Positions 1-6,175 of a DNA stretch of 6,175 bases are shown one piece after another (within the stretch, counting starts at the first letter, position 1; the number at the start of each line of letters is the position of its first letter). The translations under genes were made by a program, and so were the position numbers. Source of the DNA: a virus (Duplodnaviria; Heunggongvirae; Uroviricota; Caudoviricetes); IMG/VR virus record IMGVR_UViG_2713896774_000002; one strand, written 5' to 3'. The notes under the pieces were generated by a model, which ran no database searches, had not been told where the DNA came from, and was given only the letters and a program-made list of their open reading frames with translations.

Positions 1-903
1 CAGACCGTCAATAAGAAACTGGAAGACCAGAGTGCGGCAATTCAGCAGATACAGAAGGTTCAGGTTGATACAAATAATAACCTGAACAGCATGTGGGCTG
101 TGAAGCTGCAGCAGATGCAGGACGGACGCCTTTATATCGCGGGTATTGGTGCCGGTATTGAGAACACCCCTGACGGCATGCAGAGTCAGGTGCTGCTGGC
201 GGCGGACAGGATTGCGATGGTTAATCCTGCGAATGGCAACACAAAACCGATGTTTGTTGGTCAGGGCGATCAGATATTCATGAACGACGTGTTCCTGAAA
301 CGCCTGACGGCCCCCACCATTACCAGCGGTGGAAATCCACCGGCATTTTCCCTGACACCGGACGGAAAGCTGACTGCTAAAAATGCGGATATCAGTGGCA
401 GTGTGAATGCGAACTCCGGGACGCTCAACAACGTCACGATTAATGAGAACTGTCAGATTAAGGGGAAACTGTCAGCCAATCAGATTGAAGGCGATATTGT
501 CAAAACAGTGGGTAAGGCTTTCCCGCGGGACTCCCGGGCACCGGAGCGGTGGCCATCAGGGACCATTACCGTCAGGATTTATGACGATCAGCCTTTTGAC
601 AGGCAAATTGTTATTCCAGCGGTGGCATTCTGCGGCGCTAAACATGAGCGGGAGAATAACGATATTTATTCGTCATGCCGCCTGATAGTGAAGAAAAATG
701 GTGCTGAAATTTATAACCGTACCGCGCTGGATAATACGCTGATTTACAGTGGTGTTATTGATATGCCAGCTGGTCACGGCCACATGACGCTGGAGTTTTC
801 GGTGTCAGCATGGCTGGTAAATGACTGGTATCCCACAGCAAGTATCAGCGATTTGCTGGTTGTGGTGATGAAGAAAGCCACCGCAGGCATCAGTATCAGC
901 TGA
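1..903 (+). CDS. J: Tail-tip host-specificity protein J, C-terminal portion (5' partial; reading frame is open from base 1, stop TGA at 901-903)
   Basis: Frame 1 is open from position 1 through 903, so the ORF-track start at 91 is an internal Met. The translation (…[103 protein letters not shown]…) matches my recollection of the C-terminal part of lambda gpJ. It sits directly upstream of lom and stf, as in lambda. Confidence 0.85.
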   Translation, partial: QTVNKKLEDQSAAIQQIQKVQVDTNNNLNSMWAVKLQQMQDGRLYIAGIGAGIENTPDGMQSQVLLAADRIAMVNPANGNTKPMFVGQGDQIFMNDVFLKRLTAPTITSGGNPPAFSLTPDGKLTAKNADISGSVNANSGTLNNVTINENCQIKGKLSANQIEGDIVKTVGKAFPRDSRAPERWPSGTITVRIYDDQPFDRQIVIPAVAFCGAKHERENNDIYSSCRLIVKKNGAEIYNRTALDNTLIYSGVIDMPAGHGHMTLEFSVSAWLVNDWYPTASISDLLVVVMKKATAGISIS

Positions 904-922
904 ATTTTATAACCCATATACG

Positions 923-946
923 GGCGCCAGAAATGGCGCCTTTTTT
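923..946 (+). terminator. Rho-independent terminator downstream of J
   Basis: Perfect 7-bp GC-rich stem GGCGCCA (923-929) pairing with TGGCGCC (934-940), closed by a GAAA tetraloop, followed immediately by TTTTTT (941-946). Located 20 nt after the J stop codon. Confidence 0.6.
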
Positions 947-960
947 ATTGCAGAAAAGCG

Positions 961-965
961 AGAGG
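961..965 (+). promoter_or_regulatory. Shine-Dalgarno sequence for lom (AGAGG, 5-nt spacer to ATG 971)
   Basis: Purine-rich AGAGG lies 5 nt upstream of the lom ATG. Confidence 0.5.
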
Positions 966-970
966 TAATT

Positions 971-1042
971 ATGCGTAAAGTTTGTGCAGCCATTTTGTCC
1001 GCAGCCATCTGTCTGGCCGTATCCGGTGCGCCTGCATGGGCG
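971..1042 (+). other. Sec signal peptide of Lom (24 aa, predicted cleavage after AWA)
   Basis: Positively charged N-terminus (MRK), hydrophobic core ([14 protein letters not shown]) and an A-W-A signal peptidase I site, all read directly from the translation. Confidence 0.6.
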
Positions 1043-1570
1043 TCTGAGCAGCAGGCCACACTGAGCGCAGGGTATCTTCATGCCCGTACGAACGCTCCCG
1101 GCAGCGATGATCTGAACGGGATTAACGTGAAATACCGTTATGAGTTTACGGACACGCTGGGGCTGATTACGTCATTCAGTTATGCCAACGCTGAAGATGA
1201 GCAAAAAACGCATTACAGCGATACCCGCTGGCATGAAGATTCCGTGCGTAACCGCTGGTTCAGCGTGATGGCGGGGCCGTCTGTGCGCGTGAATGAATGG
1301 TTCAGCGCGTATGCGATGGCGGGTATGGCTTACAGCCGTGTTTCGACTTTCTCCGGAGATTATATCCGCGTAACTGACAACAAGGGGAAAACGCACGATG
1401 TGCTGACCGGAAGTGATGACGGTCGCCACAGCAACACGTCTCTGGCGTGGGGAGCTGGCGTGCAGTTTAACCCGACCGAATCCGTGGCCGTTGACGTCGC
1501 TTATGAAGGCTCCGGCAGCGGTGACTGGCGTACCAACAGTTTCATCGTGGGTGTCGGTTATAAATTCTGA
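971..1570 (+). CDS. lom: Lom outer-membrane protein (Ail/Lom/OmpX/PagC family 8-stranded beta-barrel), 199 aa
   Basis: 199-aa ORF with an N-terminal signal peptide ([24 protein letters not shown]|SEQ, AxA cleavage motif) and a C-terminal aromatic residue (…VGVGYKF) typical of OM beta-barrels. Sequence and position between J and stf match lambda lom as I recall it. Alternating hydrophobic/aromatic beta-strand patterns run through the protein. Confidence 0.9.
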   Translation: MRKVCAAILSAAICLAVSGAPAWASEQQATLSAGYLHARTNAPGSDDLNGINVKYRYEFTDTLGLITSFSYANAEDEQKTHYSDTRWHEDSVRNRWFSVMAGPSVRVNEWFSAYAMAGMAYSRVSTFSGDYIRVTDNKGKTHDVLTGSDDGRHSNTSLAWGAGVQFNPTESVAVDVAYEGSGSGDWRTNSFIVGVGYKF

Positions 1571-1596
1571 TTAGCCAGGTAACACAGTGTTATGAC

Positions 1597-1623
1597 AGCC
1601 CGCCGGTTCAGGCGGGCTTTTTT
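1597..1623 (+). terminator. Rho-independent terminator downstream of lom
   Basis: 8-bp perfect stem AGCCCGCC (1597-1604) / GGCGGGCT (1611-1618), 6-nt loop GGTTCA, followed by a T-run (1618-1623). Located 27 nt after the lom stop. Confidence 0.7.
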
Positions 1624-1634
1624 GTGGGGTGAAT

Positions 1635-4600
1635 ATGGCAGTAAAGATTTCAGGTGTACTGAAAGACGGCACAGGAAAACCGGTACAGAACTGCACAATC
1701 CAGCTGAAAGCAAAACGTAACAGCACCACGGTGGTGGTGAACACGCTGGCCTCAGAAAATCCGGATGAAGCCGGGCGTTACAGTATGGACGTTGAGTACG
1801 GTCAGTACAGCGTTATTCTGTTGGTGGAAGGATTCCCGCCGTCACATGCCGGGACCATCACCGTGTATGAAGATTCCCGACCCGGTACGCTGAATGATTT
1901 TCTCGGTGCCATGACGGAGGATGATGCCCGTCCGGAGGCACTGCGCCGTTTTGAGCTGATGGTGGAAGAGGTGGCGCGTAACGCGTCCGCGGTGGCACAG
2001 AACACGGCAGCCGCGAAGAAGTCAGCCGGCGATGCCGGCACATCAGCCCGTGAGGCGGCAACCCATGCGACTGATGCTGCAGGCTCAGCACGTGCAGCCA
2101 GCACATCAGCCGGGCAGGCCGCGACGTCGGCTCAGTCAGCGTCTTCCAGCGCAGGAACGGCATCAACAAAGGCTACTGAAGCATCAAAAAGTGCTGCCGC
2201 TGCAGAGTCCTCAAAAAGCGCGGCAGCTACCAGTGCCGGTGCGGCGAAAACGTCAGAAACGAATGCGGCAGCGTCACAAAAATCTGCAGCCACTTCTGCA
2301 TCCGCAGCGACCACAAAGGCGTCAGAAGCTGCCACCTCAGCCCGGGATGCGGCGGCCTCAAAAGAGGCAGCGAAATCATCAGAAACGAACGCATCATCAA
2401 GCGCCAGTAGTGCCGCTTCCTCGGCAACGGCGGCAGGAAATTCCGCGAAGGCGGCAAAGACGTCCGAGACGAACGCCAGGTCTTCTGAAACGGCAGCGGG
2501 ACAGAGTGCCTCAGCTGCGGCAGGCTCAAAAACAGCGGCAGCATCATCTGCCAGTGCCGCGTCAACAAGTGCCGGGCAGGCCTCAGCCAGTGCCACCGCT
2601 GCCGGAAAGTCGGCAGAAAGTGCCGCCTCGTCTGCTTCAACAGCCACAACGAAGGCTGGCGAAGCCACTGAACAGGCCAGTGCAGCAGCGAGGTCTGCTT
2701 CCGCAGCGAAGACATCCGAGACGAACGCGAAAGCGTCGGAAACCAGCGCAGAATCCTCAAAAACGGCTGCCGCATCGTCCGCCAGTTCGGCGGCGTCATC
2801 GGCATCATCGGCGTCAGCTTCAAAAGATGAGGCGACCAGACAGGCGTCAGCAGCGAAGGGCAGCGCCACGACAGCATCCACGAAGGCGACAGAGGCAGCT
2901 GGCAGTGCGACGGCGGCAGCACAGAGCAAAAGTACGGCGGAATCCGCGGCAACGCGCGCCGAGACAGCAGCTAAACGGGCAGAGGATATTGCATCCGCCG
3001 TGGCGCTTGAGGATGCAAGTACGACGAAAAAGGGGATAGTACAGCTCAGCAGTGCGACCAACAGTACGTCTGAAACGCTGGCGGCAACGCCAAAGGCAGT
3101 AAAATCAGCCTATGACAATGCAGAGAAACGTCTGCAGAAAGACCAGAACGGCGCTGATATACCCGATAAGGGACGCTTCCTGAACAACATTAACGCGGTC
3201 AGTAAAACAGACTTTGCTGATAAGCGTGGTATGCGTTATGTGCGGGTTAACGCTCCTGCAGGTGCAACATCTGGAAAATATTACCCTGTTGTTGTTATGC
3301 GTTCTGCTGGCTCAGTAAGCGAACTGGCATCAAGGGTCATTATCACCACGGCACCGCGAACCGCAGGCGATCCGATGAATAACTGCGAGTTTAACGGATT
3401 TGTTATGCCTGGTGGCTGGACTGACAGGGGGCGTTATGCTTATGGAATGTTCTGGCAATATCAAAACAATGAACGAGCCATCCACTCAATAATGATGAGT
3501 AATAAGGGCGATGATTTGCGCTCTGTGTTCTATGTTGATGGCGCTGCTTTCCCTGTTTTTGCGTTTATCGAAGATGGCCTGTCAATATCCGCACCTGGTG
3601 CTGATCTCGTTGTTAATGATACGACCTATAAGTTTGGGGCAACAAATCCAGCGACTGAATGTATCGCGGCGGACGTTATCCTTGATTTTAAGAGTGGGCG
3701 TGGTTTTTATGAGTCTCATTCGTTAATCGTTAACGATAACTTGTCGTGCAAAAAACTTTTTGCCACAGACGAAATTGTAGCGCGTGGTGGTAATCAGATT
3801 CGAATGATAGGTGGGGAGTATGGTGCATTATGGCGTAATGATGGCGCTAAAACTTACCTGCTGCTTACCAATCAAGGTGATGTTTATGGTGGCTGGAATA
3901 CATTAAGACCGTTTGCTATTGATAACGCAACCGGCGAACTGGTTATTGGAACCAAACTGTCCGCAAGTCTGAACGGTAATGCATTAACAGCAACAAAGCT
4001 GCAAACGCCAAGACTGGTTTCTGGTGTTGAGTTTGATGGTTCCAAAGATATTACTTTAACCGCCGCGCATGTGGCTGCTTTTGCCAGAAGGGCAACGGAT
4101 ACATATGCCGATGCGGATGGTGGCGTTCCCTGGAATGCCGAATCAGGCGCTTACAATGTCACCCGCTCTGGCAACAGCTATATTCTGGTTAACTTCTATA
4201 CCGGAGTCGGAAGTTGCCGGACATTGCAGATGAAGGCGCATTACAGAAATGGAGGTCTGTTCTACCGTTCCTCAAGAGATGGCTATGGTTTTGAGGAAGA
4301 CTGGGCAGAAGTTTATACCTCGAAAAATCTTCCACCAGAAAGCTACCCAGTCGGTGCACCAATCCCGTGGCCATCAGATACCGTTCCGTCTGGTTATGCC
4401 CTGATGCAGGGGCAGACTTTTGACAAATCTGCTTACCCGAAACTTGCAGCCGCTTATCCGTCAGGCGTGATCCCTGATATGCGTGGCTGGACGATTAAGG
4501 GCAAGCCCGCCAGTGATCGAGCCGTATTGTCTCAGGAACAGGACGGCATTAAATCACACACCCACAGCGCCAGCGTATCCAGTACGGATTTGGGGACGAA

Positions 4601-4985
4601 AACCACATCGTCGTTTGATTACGGCACTAAATCCACGAATAACACTGGTGCGCATACCCATAGTGTTAGCGGTACGGCTGCTTCAGCCGGTGCACATACC
4701 CATTCGATGACATTTGTTTCAGGTGGTTCCAGTGGTGCTCCGGGAAGTGGATCACCTGATTATTCTAAATACAGTGTTAACACTTCTTCTGCAGGCGCTC
4801 ATACGCACTCTGTATCGGGTACTGCTGCAAGCGCAGGTGCACACGCACATACTGTCGGTATTGGTGCTCATACGCACTCCGTTGCGATTGGTTCACATGG
4901 ACATACCATCACCGTTAACGCTGCTGGTAACGCGGAAAACACCGTCAAAAACATCGCATTTAACTATATTGTGAGGCTTGCATAA
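1635..4985 (+). CDS. stf: Side tail fibre protein Stf (about 1116 aa from ATG 1635; ORF track begins at in-frame GTG 1629)
   Basis: The N-terminus [26 protein letters not shown]… matches my recollection of the lambda/Rac Stf N-terminus. A long Ala/Ser/Thr-rich shaft follows, then a conserved phage tail-fibre repeat ([36 protein letters not shown]), then a C-terminal region with His-x-His repeats. The gene is followed by an overlapping tfa, the canonical stf-tfa pair. The ATG at 1635 is preferred over GTG 1629 because of the conserved MAVK N-terminus and a GGGG/GGTG SD-like tract at 1626-1632. Confidence 0.9.
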   Translation: MAVKISGVLKDGTGKPVQNCTIQLKAKRNSTTVVVNTLASENPDEAGRYSMDVEYGQYSVILLVEGFPPSHAGTITVYEDSRPGTLNDFLGAMTEDDARPEALRRFELMVEEVARNASAVAQNTAAAKKSAGDAGTSAREAATHATDAAGSARAASTSAGQAATSAQSASSSAGTASTKATEASKSAAAAESSKSAAATSAGAAKTSETNAAASQKSAATSASAATTKASEAATSARDAAASKEAAKSSETNASSSASSAASSATAAGNSAKAAKTSETNARSSETAAGQSASAAAGSKTAAASSASAASTSAGQASASATAAGKSAESAASSASTATTKAGEATEQASAAARSASAAKTSETNAKASETSAESSKTAAASSASSAASSASSASASKDEATRQASAAKGSATTASTKATEAAGSATAAAQSKSTAESAATRAETAAKRAEDIASAVALEDASTTKKGIVQLSSATNSTSETLAATPKAVKSAYDNAEKRLQKDQNGADIPDKGRFLNNINAVSKTDFADKRGMRYVRVNAPAGATSGKYYPVVVMRSAGSVSELASRVIITTAPRTAGDPMNNCEFNGFVMPGGWTDRGRYAYGMFWQYQNNERAIHSIMMSNKGDDLRSVFYVDGAAFPVFAFIEDGLSISAPGADLVVNDTTYKFGATNPATECIAADVILDFKSGRGFYESHSLIVNDNLSCKKLFATDEIVARGGNQIRMIGGEYGALWRNDGAKTYLLLTNQGDVYGGWNTLRPFAIDNATGELVIGTKLSASLNGNALTATKLQTPRLVSGVEFDGSKDITLTAAHVAAFARRATDTYADADGGVPWNAESGAYNVTRSGNSYILVNFYTGVGSCRTLQMKAHYRNGGLFYRSSRDGYGFEEDWAEVYTSKNLPPESYPVGAPIPWPSDTVPSGYALMQGQTFDKSAYPKLAAAYPSGVIPDMRGWTIKGKPASDRAVLSQEQDGIKSHTHSASVSSTDLGTKTTSSFDYGTKSTNNTGAHTHSVSGTAASAGAHTHSMTFVSGGSSGAPGSGSPDYSKYSVNTSSAGAHTHSVSGTAASAGAHAHTVGIGAHTHSVAIGSHGHTITVNAAGNAENTVKNIAFNYIVRLA
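2244..2728 (+). repeat. Four dispersed copies of a 24-bp direct repeat encoding AK(T/S)SETNA within the Ala/Ser-rich shaft of stf (copies at 2244-2267, 2370-2393, 2454-2477, 2705-2728)
   Basis: Near-identical DNA units read directly: GCGAAAACGTCAGAAACGAATGCG, GCGAAATCATCAGAAACGAACGCA, GCAAAGACGTCCGAGACGAACGCC and GCGAAGACATCCGAGACGAACGCG, each encoding A-K-T/S-S-E-T-N-A. They are embedded in a low-complexity A/S/T-rich segment spanning roughly 1975-3000. Confidence 0.7.
3027..3131 (+). other. Conserved phage tail-fibre repeat / collar-like motif within Stf
   Basis: The peptide [36 protein letters not shown] resembles the short repeat motif recurrent in many phage tail fibres (recalled, not searched). 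Confidence 0.5.
4557..4904 (+). other. Cluster of seven His-x-His motifs in the Stf C-terminal tip (putative metal-binding needle-like domain)
   Basis: Translation shows SHTHS, GAHTHS, GAHTHS, GAHTHS, GAHAHT, GAHTHS and SHGHT between nt 4557 and 4904, mostly in the unit (S/T)AGAHTHS and interspersed with Gly/Ser-rich linkers. Confidence 0.6.
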
Positions 4986-5560
4986 TGGCATTCAGAATGA
5001 GTGAACAACCACGGACCATAAAAATTTATAATCTGCTGGCCGGAACTAATGAATTTATTGGTGAAGGTGACGCATATATTCCGCCTCATACAGGTCTGCC
5101 AGCAAACAGTACCGATATTGCACCGCCAGATATTCCGGCTGGCTTTGTGGCTGTTTTCAACAGTGATGAGGCATCGTGGCATCTCGTTGAAGATCATCGG
5201 GGAAAAACCGTCTATGACGTGGCTTCCGGCGACGCGTTATTTATTTCTGAACTTGGCTCGTTACCGGAAAATGTCACCTGGTTATCGCCGGAAGGGGAAT
5301 ATCAGAAGTGGAACGGCACAGCCTGGGTGAAGGATACGGAAGCAGAAAAACTGTTCCGGATCCGGGAGGCGGAAGAAACAAAAAACAACCTGATGCAGGT
5401 AGCCAGTGAGCATATTGCGCCGCTTCAGGATGCTGCAGATCTGGAAATCGCAACGGAGGAAGAAATCTCGTTGCTGGAAGCATGGAAAAAGTATCGGGTA
5501 TTGCTGAACCGTGTTGATACGTCAACTGCACAGGATATTGAATGGCCAGCACTGCCGTAG
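4985..5560 (+). CDS. tfa: Tail fibre assembly protein Tfa (191 aa)
   Basis: ATG 4985 overlaps the stf stop (TAATG) and is preceded by TGAGG (4972-4976). The C-terminal region (…[29 protein letters not shown]) matches the conserved C-terminus of lambda-type Tfa chaperones as I recall it. Its position immediately after stf fits. Confidence 0.9.
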   Translation: MAFRMSEQPRTIKIYNLLAGTNEFIGEGDAYIPPHTGLPANSTDIAPPDIPAGFVAVFNSDEASWHLVEDHRGKTVYDVASGDALFISELGSLPENVTWLSPEGEYQKWNGTAWVKDTEAEKLFRIREAEETKNNLMQVASEHIAPLQDAADLEIATEEEISLLEAWKKYRVLLNRVDTSTAQDIEWPALP

Positions 5561-5657
5561 GGTAAAACATATAAATTCTATAATTAGATGTATCTTTCCA
5601 TTTACGGCAAGGAAGGGGGCTTGGAAGACGTAAAGCATCTCACACCGAGATTATTTT

Positions 5658-6175
5658 TTATATGTCAGGTGTCTGAAGTTTTGCTTTGGCTCTTAAAATG
5701 GTTTGCCGCGAGGTTTTGAATTCCCGGGCAATGGCACTTATACTTACACCTGACTTAATTCGTTCGAATACCGCCTGTTTCTGTTCTTCATTTAACACAG
5801 GTGGTCGACCAAAACGTTTCCCTGCGCCGCGGGCTCTTACTATCCCGGAATGAGTGCGTTCAAGTAAAAGGTCTCGTTCAAATTCAGCGACTGCTGAAAT
5901 TACTTGCATCATCATTTTTCCTGTTGGACTGGTCAGGTCAATGCCCCCCAATGCTAAGCAATGCACTCTGATACCTGTTTCGGTCAGTTGTTCCACTGTT
6001 TTCCTGATATCCATTGCATTACAACCAAGGCGATCCAGTTTTGTCACAATCAATTGATCACCACATTTCAGGCGAGCAAGCAACCGGTTAAAACCAGGAC
6101 GCTCACTGGTTGCTGGGTAATGACTCCAACTTATTGATAGTGTTTTATGTTCAGATAATGCCCGATGACTTTGTC
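5658..6175 (-). CDS. pin: Serine recombinase, DNA-invertase (Pin/Hin/Gin-like), C-terminal about 170 aa; N-terminus lies beyond the window end
   Basis: The minus-strand frame is open from 6175 down to the stop at 5658-5660; the ORF-track 'M' at 6083 is a TTG and not the real start. The translation contains resolvase/invertase hallmarks: …[33 protein letters not shown]…[23 protein letters not shown]…GRPP… plus a C-terminal helix-turn-helix ([21 protein letters not shown]). Convergent with tfa, as in Rac-type prophages (stf-tfa-pin). Confidence 0.85.
   Translation of the reverse strand, partial: QSHRALSEHKTLSISWSHYPATSERPGFNRLLARLKCGDQLIVTKLDRLGCNAMDIRKTVEQLTETGIRVHCLALGGIDLTSPTGKMMMQVISAVAEFERDLLLERTHSGIVRARGAGKRFGRPPVLNEEQKQAVFERIKSGVSISAIAREFKTSRQTILRAKAKLQTPDI

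Noticed and set aside
407-685. 92-aa ORF in an alternate + frame inside J
   Set aside because: Fully embedded in the well-supported J reading frame, with no RBS and a basic low-complexity product.
904-970. Possible sigma70 promoter for lom in the J-lom spacer (TTATTG … TAATTA)
   Set aside because: The candidate -10 would lie downstream of the SD and overlap the start codon, and most of the spacer is occupied by the terminator hairpin. No credible -35/-10 pair with correct spacing.
896-1429. Minus-strand ORFs 896..1081 (61 aa) and 1172..1429 (85 aa) overlapping lom
   Set aside because: Antisense to the strongly supported lom CDS and to the J terminator region, with no independent signals. 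Best explained as chance ORFs.
1629-1634. GTG at 1629 as the stf start (the ORF-track start)
   Set aside because: The ATG at 1635 gives the conserved [13 protein letters not shown]-terminus and better spacing from the SD-like G-rich tract. GTG 1629 would sit inside that tract.
1671-1690. Sequence CAGGAAAACCGGTACAGAA with weak resemblance to a Din-family crossover half-site (AAACC core)
   Set aside because: Only a partial match and no partner inverted copy in the window. It lies at the very 5' end of stf, not at a constant/variable junction, so it is most likely coincidental.
2032-3061. Long overlapping ORFs inside stf: 2032..3039 (+, 335 aa, Arg/Pro/Gln-rich), 2132..3061 (-, 309 aa, Ala-rich), 2227..2952 (-, 241 aa), plus 1802..2104 and 1858..2169 (-)
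   Set aside because: They lie entirely within the GC-rich, repetitive Ala/Ser-coding region of stf. Such sequence lacks stop codons in several frames by composition alone, and the products are low-complexity with no start context of their own.
3511-4974. Small ORFs 3511..3726 (+), 4189..4374 (-), 4483..4710 (+) and 4714..4974 (+) within stf
   Set aside because: Alternate-frame or antisense ORFs embedded in the stf coding region. Products are hydrophobic or low-complexity and lack recognisable family features.
4964-5570. ORFs 4964..5197 (-), 5049..5330 (+) and 5274..5570 (-) overlapping tfa
   Set aside because: Embedded in or antisense to the well-supported tfa frame, with no independent signals.
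5637-5659. Weak hairpin (ATCTC/GAGAT, loop ACACC) followed by TATTTTTT in the tfa-pin intergenic region, as a possible terminator
   Set aside because: The stem is only 5 bp with two GC pairs and the T-run overlaps the recombinase stop codon. Too weak to call from sequence alone, though some termination between the convergent genes is expected.
5854-6057. 67-aa + strand ORF inside the recombinase gene
   Set aside because: Antisense to a CDS with clear serine-recombinase motifs.
6081-6083. Apparent recombinase start codon at 6083
   Set aside because: This codon is TTG and the frame stays open upstream to the window edge. The expected N-terminal catalytic Ser region of a serine recombinase is missing, so the true start lies beyond position 6175.

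Overview
This window is the distal tail-fibre module of a lambdoid (lambda/Rac-like) enterobacterial prophage, with genes tightly packed and no unexplained gaps. In order: the 3' end of the tail-tip host-specificity gene J (1..903, +, enters from upstream); a rho-independent terminator; the moron gene lom (971..1570, +), an Ail/Lom-family outer-membrane protein with a signal peptide; a second terminator; a long side-tail-fibre gene stf (1635..4985, +, about 1116 aa); a tail-fibre assembly chaperone gene tfa (4985..5560, +) whose start overlaps the stf stop; and, convergent on the minus strand, a Pin/Hin/Gin-like serine recombinase gene (5658..>6175, N-terminus outside the window). I see no rRNA, tRNA, CRISPR array or IS element. 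I did not find convincing evidence of a previously undescribed system. The points worth a second look are: Stf's mosaic build, including seven His-x-His motifs at its C-terminus; a Cys where serine recombinases normally carry a catalytic Arg; the absence of any invertible tail-fibre segment beside the invertase; and the J C-terminal receptor-binding region. All homology statements are from memory of protein families, not from a database search.
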